A DNA stretch of 64,000 nt from the NCBI GenBank assembly GCA_964016885.1, contig OZ024740.1, positions 94,240,001 through 94,304,000 of the forward strand, read 5' to 3'. This document shows positions 27,100 through 40,149 of the stretch, piece by piece. The notes under the pieces were generated by a model. It was given only the letters and a program-made list of their open reading frames with translations. It made no database searches and was not told the origin of the DNA. The first letter of the stretch is position 1, and every line of letters starts with the position of its first letter. The translations under genes and the position numbers were made by a program. This stretch comes from Eledone cirrhosa. Taxonomy: Eukaryota.

Positions 27100-29600
27100 A
27101 ATTACTATGATATACGTATATGATATTTACATACCACCTTCAATTGTTGTTGCAGGTATTTTCTCGATATTTTTGATTTCTTCTCACGTCAATATGATTG
27201 TGTGCGGCTTTTATGTTCATTAATTCGTGTAATTATAGACATCCAAACATATTTCAAATTATTTCTTTTTCTTTTTGCTGTCTTTTGATAAATTAATCGT
27301 ATCCTGGAAACTTTGTATTGATAGTGGCTGAATGAAGCTCAGGATTGTTTTGTTAAAATGACTCATACTCCTTTTTCAAAACAAAAAACATTCAAAATTT
27401 ATACTCCTTACATTTATGGATATGAATCACAAATAATCACAGGATAATTTATTTAAATACCTGAATGTTTACAATTGATTTTGTAAGTCAAAGCAGGATA
27501 TACGAAATTATAGCTGCAGTTCATATTCAAATGCCTTTTTCCTACTCTATTATTCGAGTGATTTTCTTGGAAAAAAATTCAAATTTGTTACTGCATTTTA
27601 CTCTAAAAAAGAAACACAATAAATGAAATTCTTGTAGGATATGATTGCATCTGTTCATGTTTAGTTTTATATTTCTATGTGTAAGTTATGGGAATTTCTT
27701 GTGTAAAATGTTTGGAAAGATTCTCACTGTAGCTCTTATTTATGTTCTTATCTTCAGGAATATGATGATCTGCGTACTTGAGAGACACTGATATTTTTCT
27801 AGGCAACCTGAAAGTATCAAATGTGGGAAAAGTATAAATCCTGTGGCATGTCTTTCAAGGAAAAGCTAAAATGTTCAAGAGCGTGAAATGAATAATTTCA
27901 TTATAGCAATGTACTAGAACTGTGTAACTTACGAAATATGCTTCTTCTGAGCTGAAACATATTTACCTCCTGAAATAATGTATTCAGCCGAATTGGAATC
28001 TGTGAGTAATGCAAGTGTACGTGACTCTCTTCTCCTCTTTTTAGTTTTGCATTCTGCTGATCAATTTTAAAATTAGATTTTAAATTTATCACAATTCTGT
28101 TTTGTGTGTAACTTCTTTGTTTAAATTATGCTCAGGATTATCTCTCAGTTAAGCTTCAGAATTGAATTCGATGCCTATCCCGGTGAGAGAAAACTAGTAT
28201 TTGCTTTATTCGTATTCACTTTCAATTATTGGCCATTAGTTACTTTGATTTCTTACGTTTATGATTATATACTAGATTTTAGTTGCGTGAGCCCTTTTCC
28301 TCCCTGTATTTGTATTACATGCAATTCTTTTACACGTGAAAAAAATGTGGCCATTGTATTCATTCTATTTTAATTCTGGTAGCTTGTTAGTTCTCTGTTC
28401 ATAAGTTTAAAACAGTAGTTTATTACTGCACTCACTAGCCTATTGATGACTATTACTTTATATTTGCATTTAGCTGTTTCTTAATTATTATTGTATTCGA
28501 ATATCGAATTCTCTTTTAATGAATATGCAAAACTGGTGAATTTCGTTTTGTAGCTATTACAACTGTGGCTTAGTTCCCCTGAAAATGGCGTGTATGCTTG
28601 GCAGAGAAGATGTGGATAAAGAGTAACTTATGACATAACCATCTGTTGTTTGGCCTTTAAATCAGTTTTTTGTAAATACATCATTCACTTGTTTTTGAAG
28701 AACTGTTTGCAACTTGCACATGACATAGCTGATAAATTATGTAATTGTTGGTGCTACTTTAATCAGTAACAACGCATCGGAAACTATGTAAAAAGCTTTC
28801 TAATAATCAAGCCATACAATACTGAGACATATCCCTGTTTTCAATTTGTTTTTATGGCTTTGTTTATTTGCTCTGGTTGCTTAGAATCAGGTTGCTCAGG
28901 TTATTTTATATGGGTGTCTATACAGTAAGAGAGATATTATTTCATTTTAGAATTGTATACGTTCCAGGAACGCTTGGTACTGTCCTGTAGCGTTTTGGGA
29001 CATGATGTCATTGTTTATTGGGTTCGGGGAGATAAGATGTTATCTATGATACGCTAGCATCTGAAAAAGTGTTTTTGCAATTGGACTATATGTCTCTGTT
29101 AAATATTCAGCTAGAGGGTTGGGACCTTTCTTCTTCCAATGCCATAAAGATGGTTGTTTTGATCCCAGTGTATTACGTTCGTTTGTTATTCTAAGTTATT
29201 TCACCCATTGTCAATTTCTTTGATTGTTTTTCAAAATAATTTTGTACGTTGTGATTGAGGTGTAGCCCATAATCGTCCCCAGGCCTCCTTCCCTTCCATC
29301 AATTTTGAGACTTCATATACCTATATGTTGCTTCTAATATGTTCATCGTGGAGTCGCTTAGGGTAAGAGGAAAATGACTTATTCTTTTCAAAGCATGTAG
29401 TCGTTTCTCATATCTACTGATTATTTCTCTTTTTGCATGTATTGCTATTTCATGCATTAAATAAACTATTTCATTTATATTTCTGTCCTTTTCTTTATTT
29501 TCTTTCATTTTCTTTTTGTTTATAATAACCAGGTTTGTATGAATTTTCATTTGCACATATTCTTTGTAATACTCATGCAGCTCTTCATATTTAATTCAAT
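27100..29600 (-). mobile_element. Highly decayed non-LTR retrotransposon (R4/Dong-like RT)
   Basis: Collinear relic motifs on minus strand: RPGDD.GL (about 29280), LSIVWLDY*KAF (28785-28830), HFQG..LSP (about 28575), FS..IGIEF (about 28170); boundaries approximate. Confidence 0.5.
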
Positions 29601-30316
29601 GTTTTCCAGATTAATATTATGTTTATAATTATTGATGTTTTATTATGGAATGTTGTGCTCCGCATGAACATATTCTATTGTTTGGAGTTCATTATATATG
29701 TTGGTCATTCACTCACCTTTGGGGTTCTTTTTTCCATATATATTTTTCCTCTTATACTTTTATTTCCGGGTGTGTTGCCTTGAATCGGCTTTTAGTTGTC
29801 ATTATTTTCTATGTCATATTGGGTCGGATTTTCTCGCGATTACTTGTTTACTTCATTAATTTTTGATATGTTGGCACAATTTATATTATATAAATTCTTA
29901 ATATATTTATGCCCATTAAATATTTTGTATCCGTTATTGTTTTTACCTTAGTACAGCAATTGATTTATATGTTCTATTTCAATTTCCTATATGTCTTAGC
30001 ATTACTCTTTTATGTATGCTATTATATACATATATGTATATATATATATATTGATGCCAGAAGCCTAACATCCTTTATATAAATGACTTATGACAGTAAA
30101 TGACTTATGGAGCCGCAGAAACCCAAATACTGGATTTTACCATCTCTGCAGGGGTCCGGGTAAATTTTCAATCCATATATATTTTTATATATTTTTATAT
30201 TAGTATATCTGTTTCAGCTGAATTTTAGGCGGTCGATTTTTCGCTGGGCGGATGATTAGTTTAACCACCATATCAGTGTGTTTGGCCTTTAACGTAAGTT
30301 GTAAGCTCTAATTCAT

Positions 30317-30363
30317 AGAGGACTAAATTCCAAGACATTGAATGTCTTGGAATTTAGTCCTCG
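30317..30363. repeat. Perfect palindrome
   Basis: GAGGACTAAATTCCAAGACATT-G-AATGTCTTGGAATTTAGTCCTC. Confidence 0.9.
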
Positions 30364-30432
30364 CTTGCTTTTTTCCATCCACTGAATTATTTTTGTATAA
30401 GTTCCCTGTGTCCACGCATCGCCTGGGAATTG

Positions 30433-30524
30433 ACTTCCTGATGACGAAAGGTATTGTCCATGTTCCATTCGGAAACCATTCGGAAACCATGTTTATTCCC
30501 TTTCAGAAACTAATTAGTTGGAGT
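30433..30524 (+). ncRNA. Type I hammerhead ribozyme, extended stem II
   Basis: ACTTC-CTGATGA-CGAAAGG...CCTTTCA-GAAA-CTAATTAG-TT-GGAGT. Confidence 0.75.
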
Positions 30525-30689
30525 GAAATTTTAGTAAGCAAGATAATTTTTATAATTTTCTTATTTTACGTCTTTCATATAATAGTTCTGCATCCCCTTG
30601 CATTGAACCACAAAGTTACTAAGACATAACCTATATATTTGCTAGCATAGGTATGTATCTGTGTATATATGTTGGTAGATATACTAATT

Positions 30690-30735
<46 letters not shown>

Positions 30736-30920
30736 TACATATGTATAAATATTGTGGTTTTTCTCACGGTTGTGAGAAAAACCACAAAGCACCCTATCTC
30801 AATTCTACTTTTGAAAAGCAGAAGAACTTGTAAACCGGAAAAGGTACCAAATAAATATATATAAAAAAAAAGACCCTAGTTGTATTTTTGATTCCATCGT
30901 GTTTCCGTATACTTTCACTC

Positions 30921-30967
<47 letters not shown>

Positions 30968-31043
30968 TGTGTATGCATAAGTGTGTGTATATACATATAT
31001 ATACATATATACATATATATACGCATATACATACACACATATA

Positions 31044-31158
<115 letters not shown>

Positions 31159-32727
31159 AATAGTACAGCATATTCGAAGTGCGATCAGCTGCTAAAGCCA
31201 CCGGATGCCTTCAACAGTGCAGCCAAGCACTCGACAAGGATTATACCTCAGAGTAATAACATACAGTTTAAAGGGCTTTTCAAATTGAAAATAGCAACCG
31301 CTAATTCAGCCGCCTTCAGCAACGAAAGAACTGACTAGTGAAACAGGAAATACACACACACACACACATACACACATATACATATATACATATACAAATA
31401 TACATACATATATACATATACAAATATACATACATATATACATGTATGCACATATCTGTATATATAACATACCTCAATGGTCACTTGGAAATTACTGAAT
31501 ATCCAAGTGAGGTTTCTGTAAATCCGAAATCAACAAAATCCGCGTGTAGTGTATACAATTTAGGTTTCTGGAAGGTCGAACAGAGGAATTTACTTTCTCA
31601 ACAGTCTTTCGTTCTAACACAAAACCTGGTTTGAAGCACATGTTACTCCAAAGGGAGGTAATCCCGTTTTCAAGAGGTAAATTAAAAAAATATGGGCAAT
31701 GGAATAAATTCCATACACAAGCTGAATTGTCTACTTTTTATACACCCCTCCACAGCATATCTATATATCTATATATTTACTCTGAGGAGGGGTGTATAAC
31801 AAGTAGATATTAACACATGGTTTGCAATAGTCAAATTTCCTTGAAGTTACTTGCACCACAAAATTGAATGTCTTTAACAAACACAGAATGCTGAAATTTG
31901 CTATAAAAAGAAAACCCGTAATGTTAAGTGATTTTTTTTTATTTCTTTACAATGTACATATATACGTTTAACTCAGAATGTAAGTTTTTGTTTTACGTGT
32001 CGTAATAAACTCGCAATACCATATATCCCACCCACCTGTTGTTGTATGTGAATACACAATGAAAGTAATCTAAATATATATCGTAATTGAAATATACATA
32101 TTTCAAATTAAAACATATATCTGTATTATAATTATATATTTATCCATTCGAATATGACTTGTCTTACTTATATAGTTAAGAAGTAAACATTTATCAAACT
32201 TCTGTTCAAGAGTATTTAAATTCTTTTGATCTCATGCAGGTTGAGAAACCAGTATATACACATTTAACTAAATATTTCCTTTCATTCTTCATTTTACACT
32301 ATATATTATGCATATGTTATTTGTAAGATATTTGGTAATGACATTTATCTATGAGTTACAGAGATATAGAAGCAAACATCTACGTAAAATTTGAAACAGA
32401 AATAAATTTTACTTAGACGAATGCAACGTACACTCCATGAGTTCCATTCATAAGTAAGAGAATATATTGGAAAGTATGCAAGAATAGAAAATGAAATGCT
32501 GAGATTTACTAGAATCTAAACGTCATTTTGTACATTTCAGTAAACAATAAACAATTATATTTACAACTAAAGAAAAATGTTCTTTGCATGGGAAACAATA
32601 GGAAACGGGAAATAACATGTCACGAGATGATAGAAAAAAGACTAAGGATATAGAAATATCATTATTTGTCTGTGTATCTATCTATCTGTTGTATATCTAT
32701 TCTATCGATGAATCCATATATCTCATG

Positions 32728-32781
<54 letters not shown>

Positions 32782-32918
32782 AGTGTAATTTTCTACACAA
32801 AACGAAGGTTATAGAGAAAATTGAGGTTGGTAATGGCACATGGAATATATAAGAGACAGAATACTTTTTTGTGAAAAAAACATAATTTTATAAGGTAAGG
32901 AAATAATAAAGGGTATAA

Positions 32919-32965
32919 AAAATGACCGGTTTCGATGGGTCTGCAAAAGCCATCTTTTCAAATGT
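32919..32965 (-). ncRNA. Minimal hammerhead, U3-A8 core variant
   Basis: AT-TTGAAAA-GATGG..CCATC-GAAA-CCGG-TC-AT. Confidence 0.6.
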
Positions 32966-33410
32966 TGATTAATATTAAGAAAAATTAATAATACGAAGAG
33001 TTAAAATTTGAGACTTGAAAATTCAAGTATAAAATTCATTGTGGGATTTCATAGCAGTTTTCATCTAGGTAGCAACAACAGGTTGACTGCTGTGTCCCTT
33101 TCTGGTAGTGAATGAGAAGTTATTTGGTGTGTGGGTTATTTTATAAAGGTCAGATTTAGCAATCACCAACTGGCCAGCTGCTGGTCAGTGAGGGGGTGGA
33201 AGCTATATACATAAACATATCTTCCTGTGGTGGGTAGGAGAGTGGAGCGTGATAGAAAGGGATTTAGTGCACTTACACCTATATATACACACATACCTTC
33301 ATCCACACATACATACATATACATATACATATATATATATATATATATATACATATACACACATACATACACACACACACACATATATATATACATACAC
33401 ATACATCCAG

Positions 33411-33441
<31 letters not shown>

Positions 33442-33446
33442 CACAC

Positions 33447-33480
<34 letters not shown>

Positions 33481-34084
33481 CCCCACACATACATACACGC
33501 ACACACACATATATATATACATACACACATACAAACATACACACACACACACATATATATACACACATACACACACATATATATACACACACACACACAC
33601 ACGCATATATATATATATATACACATAAGCATACATCCAGATACCCACATACATACACACACACACACACACACGCACACACAATACATACATCCACATG
33701 CACACACATACACACACACACACATATACACATACATACACCCACACACAGAGAAATGGCCTTCAAATATATATATATATATATACATACAGACACATAT
33801 ATTTTTTCCATAATATAAGAAGTTGGGGCAGTGAAATTAAAATACAAGTCATTCTGATCACATTGAGTTCTTCATGTAGATTGGGCCCCGCAACCGACAG
33901 TGGTGAATTCTGTGTGCGCATATATATATAGATATATGTGTGTGCACGTACAGGGTTTAACATGGATGTGTTGGTCACACAAAGGCATGGTCTGTCAATG
34001 AATAAACCTGATTCTACAGAATTGGTCCCTGGTCTTTAATAGTAGTGATTCCGTGCGTATGTGTGTTTATATTTTATGACAATT

Positions 34085-34660
34085 CTATTGGGGTGATAAC
34101 CCGTTTAGTTTTGGTTTAAATTTGTTAAGGAATAGATTTTCTTTGTTTATTCTTTGTTGCTGTGTGAACGAATCTGAGCACTTGTAGAAGGGGAAGATTT
34201 TAAAGTTGGGTAGTGTCATTCCTGCGCAGTTCGCAATATGGCTGCTCAAGGGGATTTTTCTTGTGTTAGCGTCCCGGATTTGTTGGCGGTGGATGGTCAT
34301 TCTTTTGCGTAATGAGGTGCCCGTCTGTCCTATGTAGTTGTGTTTGCACCCACCGCAAGTTATTGCGTAAATCAAGTTCTCCGAGTTGCAGGTGAAATTG
34401 TTTTTTACTGTAAATGTTTGGCCATCTTTGAATGTAAATGTTTGTCCTTCAGTGAGGTAGAGGCACGTTCCACAGTTTGTTCTACCACATTTGGTAACTG
34501 TAGGGTTGAGGATTGGTTTGGGTATATTTGGTCCAGTGAGAATGCGTTTAAGTGATTTGGGTTGTCTTTTACTTTTAAGGATCTTGTGTGTTTCAAGAAT
34601 AGACTTCATTTTTACATCTTTAAGTAGGATGGGGAGGTTTTTGTGTAGGTGATCAAACAT
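34085..34660 (-). CDS. PLE GIY-YIG endonuclease domain
   Basis: CGRTNCGTC, LIYAITCGGC..YIGQTG..LRKRMTIH, E..F..KF.PKLN. Confidence 0.9.
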   Translation of the reverse strand: MFDHLHKNLPILLKDVKMKSILETHKILKSKRQPKSLKRILTGPNIPKPILNPTVTKCGRTNCGTCLYLTEGQTFTFKDGQTFTVKNNFTCNSENLIYAITCGGCKHNYIGQTGTSLRKRMTIHRQQIRDANTRKIPLSSHIANCAGMTLPNFKIFPFYKCSDSFTQQQRINKENLFLNKFKPKLNGLSPQ

Positions 34661-35030
34661 TTCGGTATTTCTGGGGTTGAAAGTGGATACATATGGCAGG
34701 GTGTTGAGTGTGGTTTTCTGTTTTGGATTGTTAAGTTGATGGGGATTTAGGTGTTTTGCCCTGTCTATTCCATTGTTGATTATTTCAAGTGGAAAGGCTC
34801 TTAAGATTTTAGTTCCTTTAGTCTTTGCTCCCGTTTAGGTGGATCTGATACTATGGTACATATACGTTTGGCCAAATTGTAAGGAATGTTAAGTTTTGTA
34901 TGTTTTGGGTGACTTGATGTGAAAAAGAGGTATTGCTTGGAATCTGTGGGTTTATAGAATATCTGTATCTGTTTATAGAATATAATCTGTATCTACAGTA
35001 AAAAACAATTTCACCTGCAACTCGGAGAAC

Positions 35031-35321
35031 TTGATTTACGCAATAACTTGCGGTGGGTGCAAACACAACTACATAGGACAGACGGGCACCTCATTACGCA
35101 AAAGAATGACCATCCACCGCCAACAAATCCGGGACGCTAACACAAGAAAAATCCCCTTGAGCAGCCATATTGCGAACTGCGCAGGAATGACACTACCCAA
35201 CTTTAAAATCTTCCCCTTCTACAAGTGCTCAGATTCGTTCACACAGCAACAAAGAATAAACAAAGAAAATCTATTCCTTAACAAATTTAAACCAAAACTA
35301 AACGGATTATCACCCCAATAG
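35031..35321 (+). CDS. Inverted duplicate of GIY-YIG C-terminal part
   Basis: Same translation as the last 95 aa of 34085-34660. Confidence 0.85.
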   Translation: MIYAITCGGCKHNYIGQTGTSLRKRMTIHRQQIRDANTRKIPLSSHIANCAGMTLPNFKIFPFYKCSDSFTQQQRINKENLFLNKFKPKLNGLSPQ

Positions 35322-35965
35322 AATTGTCATGAAATATAAACACACATACGCACGGAATCACTACTATTAAAGACCAGAGACCAATTCTGTAGAATCAGGT
35401 TTATTCATTGACAGACCATGCCTTTGTGTGACCAACACATCCATGTTAAACCCTGTACGTGCACACACATATATCTATATATATATGCGCACACAGAATT
35501 CACCACTGTCGGTTGCGGGGCCCAATCTACATGAAGAACTCAATGTGATCAGAATGACTTGTATTTTAATTTCACTGCCCCAACTTCTTATATTATGGAA
35601 AAAAAATATGTGTCTGTATGTATATATATATATATATATATTTGAAGGCGATTTCTCTGTGTGTGGGTGTATGTATGTGTATATGTGTGTGTGTGTGTAT
35701 GTGTGTGCATGTGGATGTATGTATTGTGTGTGCGTGTGTGTGTATGTGTGTGTATGTATGTGGGTATCTGGATGTATGCGTATGTGTATATATATATATA
35801 TATGCGCGTGTGTGTGTGTGTGTGTGTGTATATATGTGTGTGTATGTGTGTATATATATGTGTGTGTGTGTGTATGTTTGTATGTGTGTATGTATATATA
35901 TATATGTGTGTGTGCGTGTATGTATGTGTGGGGGGGGTGTATATATATATATATATATATATGTG

Positions 35966-35996
<31 letters not shown>

Positions 35997-36035
35997 ATGT
36001 ATGTGTGTATCTGGATGTATGTGTATGTATATATA

Positions 36036-36116
<81 letters not shown>

Positions 36117-36181
36117 ATGTGTATATATGTGTGTGTGTGTATGTGTGTATGTATATGTATGTGTGTGTGTATGTATGTGTG

Positions 36182-36220
<39 letters not shown>

Positions 36221-36577
36221 GTATATGTATGTATGTGTGGATGAAGGTATGTGTGTATATATAGGTGTAAGTGTACTAAATCCCTTTCTATCACGCTCCA
36301 CTCTCCTACCCACCACAGGAAGATATGTGTATGTATATTGCTTCCACCCCCTCACGGACCAGCAGCTGGCCAGTTGGTGATTGCTAAATCTGACCTTTAT
36401 AAAATAACCCACACCCCAAATAACTTCTCAATCACTACCAGAAAGGGACACAGCAGTCAACCTGTTGTTGCTACCTAGATGAAAACTGCTATGAAATCCC
36501 ACAATGAATTTTATACTTGAATTTTCAAGTCTCAAATTTTAACTCTTCGTATTATTAATTTTTCTTAATATTAATCA

Positions 36578-36624
36578 ACATTTGAAAAGATGGCTTTTGC
36601 AGACCCATCGAAACCGGTCATTTT
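36578..36624 (+). ncRNA. Minimal hammerhead, U3-A8 core variant (inverted arm copy)
   Basis: Same motif as 32919-32965. Confidence 0.6.
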
Positions 36625-36724
36625 TTATACCCTTTATTATTTCCTTACCTTATAAAATTATGTTTTTTCACAAAAAAGTATTCTGTCTCTTATATATTCC
36701 ATGTGCCATTACCAACCTCAATGT

Positions 36725-36784
<60 letters not shown>

Positions 36785-36796
36785 TAAATAAATATT

Positions 36797-36840
<44 letters not shown>

Positions 36841-37104
36841 TCTGATGAAGGATTAGCATGCGAAAAGCTAAGACACCCTTCCTGCTAGATTAAGCGTTAA
36901 CCTAATATATACATTCCATATACTGTACCAATTGTGTTATTATTTCTGTGTAACTTTTACATATATATATATATATATATATTAATAAGAGGAATTCCAA
37001 CTTTGTCTGATTTACTCGTTTTATTTACAATCCTTTAAAATATATATAATATGGTATTATAATGAAGAAATAGTATGATAGAATATTAAATTCTAAGTGT
37101 TATT

Positions 37105-37143
37105 TGAACAAGTACTTTCATGCTTTCGCAATCTTCAGGTTCA
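37105..37143 (-). ncRNA. Minimal type I hammerhead ribozyme
   Basis: TGAAC-CTGAAGA-TTGCGAAAGCAT-GAAA-GTAC-TT-GTTCA. Confidence 0.8.
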
Positions 37144-37215
37144 TGATATGTGGTGACAGTCGAGTTTGCAATTTTCAACTGTGAAAATTGCAAACTCGAC
37201 TGTCACCACATATTA

Positions 37216-37254
37216 TGAACCTGAAGATTGCGAAAGCATGAAAGTACTTGTTCA
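37216..37254 (+). ncRNA. Minimal type I hammerhead ribozyme
   Basis: TGAAC-CTGAAGA-TTGCGAAAGCAT-GAAA-GTAC-TT-GTTCA; GAAA tetraloop on stem II. Confidence 0.8.
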
Positions 37255-37435
37255 ATTAACACTTAGAATTTAATATTCTATCATACTATTTCTTCATTAT
37301 AATACCATATTATATATATTTTAAAGGATTGTAAATAAAACGAGTAAATCAGACAAAGTTGGAATTCCTCTTATTAATATAATCTTCTATACACAATCAT
37401 ACACACCCGTGTATATTTACCTATCTATATCTATA

Positions 37436-37520
<85 letters not shown>

Positions 37521-38524
37521 CTTTAGGTCGTTTCGGAAGCCTCGACAATACAGATGGGTAAATCTCCGGGTAACAATATCCGGTGGTGGAGAAAGAGATG
37601 TAAGTGTATGTAGCGTGTAGAATAATGTAGGAAAGAGCGTAAAGGATACAAATAACACAGGACAGAGTTACCTTGGGAATATTTAATCGTCCCTATATAT
37701 TTGGGATTCACATCCAACAACTGGGGTGGTTTTCCCGTGAGGTTGTCTGTCGGAAAGGTGTGAAACCTGTCCTCCGCTGTTCGATGTTTTGAATAGCTGA
37801 GGTACTCGGCAGAACGCGCTTGCGCGTAAAATGTGGTCGGTCAAGCAGAGGTCGGCGGCCGAAATAGTTATTTCAACTGTGGGAGTGGGGTGCCGTTAGC
37901 TGTCAGTCCATTGTATTATCTGCCCTGTTGAATAGTGTGTGGTTGTGATAGTATTCTCTGCCTGTTTGGTGAATGTTACTGTGTGCATGTGTGTGTGCGT
38001 GTGTTGTTCTCTCGCTTGAGTGTGTGTGTGTGTGTGCGTATGTATTTGCCTTGTTTGTCTGTATTAGCAGTGTAGTATATTCGTATGGTGGAATGCTACT
38101 GTGTGTTGCTGTCTCGTTTGTGTGTGTACTTAATCCAACCACCTCATTTCGCTTCTCTCGGATCGGTTATTTATTTGTGGCCCTAGGCGTTTGATCCAAA
38201 GTACTTCCTTAATTCGTAATGTGCGAACGTTTCAAATCTCAACTCACCACTCTCTCCAGTCTGAAATCGAAGAACTTCATCTATCTCCCCTCCGACAAGG
38301 GAAAATAATTATGTGTCATCAGCAGAGAGTCCTACAACACCCTGGCCCACCAACACCTTGACGATGACAGCCTCTACTCCAAGGCCACGGGAAGCACTTC
38401 CGCGCAGATAGAGGGGCACATCAACGCCGCCTGGACCAACATCTGCGACCGGCGGAAGCTCCAAAAGAAGCTGAGATACAACCTCCTCACGAGGAACAGC
38501 TGACTACCCGCCTTCTACCACCTC

Positions 38525-39328
38525 GTGAAAACGCACAAACAGAGACCCGACCTGAAGACCAGGCCCATTGTATCGAGCGTGGAAGGACCGCTCTACAAAA
38601 TGTCATGGTTACTATCCAGAATACTCAAGCTCATCTTAGACACCTTGCCGGGACATGTTAACCGCTCCGAGGAGGTGTTGGAGCGCCTGGATCAAATGGA
38701 TCCCGACACCAGAAAGGCTAACAGTTATGCCTTCAGCCTTGATGTAGTCGCTCTCTACACCTTGGTCCCGGCACTCCCGGCCGTTAATATACTGATGGAA
38801 CGCGTCCAATCCACCAAACTACACTGCTTCGGGCTGACCAGCACTGACATCCACCAACTCATATCCATCGTCGTTGACAACACATACTTCGGATTCCTTG
38901 ACCAAACATATCAGCAAACCACAGGACTGCCCGTGGGCTCAAGCCTGTCGGGTGTGCTAGCGATATCATACATGGACGGCCTCGAGCGCAAGGCAGTAAA
39001 CACCTGCCACCCCAATGCCGTCGCCTTTTTCTCAAGGTACGTGGACGATATCCTCATCCTCACATCTTCCCAAGACATGGCGAACAGAATATATGAGACG
39101 TTCAACAACACGGACGAGATCATTGATTTCAGTGTTAAACACCCCAGTGACGACGGGCCACTTGACCTCCTCGACTTCCCAATCAACATCACGGAACAGG
39201 GAGGGATCCACTACAACTGCTACCGAAAGGCAGCCTGCAGGGACCTGTTCGTCCACTACAAGTCCTCCCTCCCCAACAGTGCTAAAACAGGATACATCAC
39301 GATTGAGATCACGCGAATTAAAAACTGA
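38525..39328 (+). CDS. PLE reverse transcriptase (disrupted)
   Basis: KTHK..RPIVS, SLDVVALYT, YQQTTGLPVGSSLS, RYVDD. Confidence 0.9.
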   Translation: MKTHKQRPDLKTRPIVSSVEGPLYKMSWLLSRILKLILDTLPGHVNRSEEVLERLDQMDPDTRKANSYAFSLDVVALYTLVPALPAVNILMERVQSTKLHCFGLTSTDIHQLISIVVDNTYFGFLDQTYQQTTGLPVGSSLSGVLAISYMDGLERKAVNTCHPNAVAFFSRYVDDILILTSSQDMANRIYETFNNTDEIIDFSVKHPSDDGPLDLLDFPINITEQGGIHYNCYRKAACRDLFVHYKSSLPNSAKTGYITIEITRIKN

Positions 39329-39633
39329 TGCAGCGATCACGCGAGTGGTGTCCCTCATACCAGGCGATTCCTCGAAATGCTGGAGACGAACTGGTACCCT
39401 GCCTCACTCACAAACAGAACAAGAGACACCATACACAAGAGGAAGGGAGACACACAAGGCAAGTGCTTACTTAAAATAGCACACCTTGGCGAGAATACCA
39501 CTAACGTTATCCGCAAGGCTATACGGAGTGAGGGCCTCGACATCCACGTGGCCCACTTGGCCCCTCCCTGCTAAGATGCCTCTCCAGGAAACCCGGTAAA
39601 TCAACTGACGCGTGCTCCCTCATAAACCGCCCG

Positions 39634-39948
39634 ATGCGCCATAGGAACTGTTGCCTACGCACATACGTCATGTATAAGATAGAATGTAACAAGTGCAACC
39701 AATACTATATAGGTAGCACAATCCGGCTGCTACACATCCGGATTAATGAGCACATTAACACCAGGGCCTCGTCTTTCCGCAAGCACATAACCAAATGCGG
39801 AAACAAAGACGGAAGACCCATTGTCACAATTCTAGCGACAGACAGAAACGTCGGCACATTACGAATGAAGGAAGCACTTTGGATCAAACGCCTAGGGCCA
39901 CAAATAAATAACCGATCCGCGAGAAGCGAAATGAGGTGGTTGGTTTAA
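39634..39948 (+). CDS. PLE GIY-YIG endonuclease domain
   Basis: VMYKIECNKC..YIGST.R.LHIRINEH, EALWI..PQINN. Confidence 0.88.
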   Translation: MRHRNCCLRTYVMYKIECNKCNQYYIGSTIRLLHIRINEHINTRASSFRKHITKCGNKDGRPIVTILATDRNVGTLRMKEALWIKRLGPQINNRSARSEMRWLV

Positions 39949-40118
39949 GTAAACAAACTATGCAGCAACACACGCACACACACACCCACACAAGCGAGGC
40001 AGCAACGCACGCACACACACATAGTAGCATTCCATCTTACGAACATACTACACTGCAAATACAGACTAACGAGGCAACATTACACGCACACACACACACA
40101 CTCAAGCGAGACAACAAC

Positions 40119-40149
<31 letters not shown>

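Larger units (their letters stand above)
32813..36730 (-). mobile_element. 5'-truncated PLE (Neptune-like) with 1.6-1.7 kb inverted copy of its 3' end
   Basis: Minus strand RT thumb (YKPTDSKQYL..SSHPKHTKLNIPYNLAKRI) plus GIY-YIG ORF; arms 32813-34412 and 34994-36730 nearly identical apart from microsatellite lengths. Confidence 0.9.
36981..37378. repeat. About 400-bp near-perfect palindrome (197-bp arms, 4-nt loop) carrying two hammerheads
   Basis: Arms ATTAATAAGAGGAATTCC..TTTTCA / TGAAAA..GGAATTCCTCTTATTAAT; centre ACTG at 37178-37181. Confidence 0.95.

Noticed and set aside
36837-36875. CTGATGA..GAAAAGCTAAGA hammerhead-like motif
   Set aside because: Stem II and stem I register imperfect; probably a decayed HHR but not supportable
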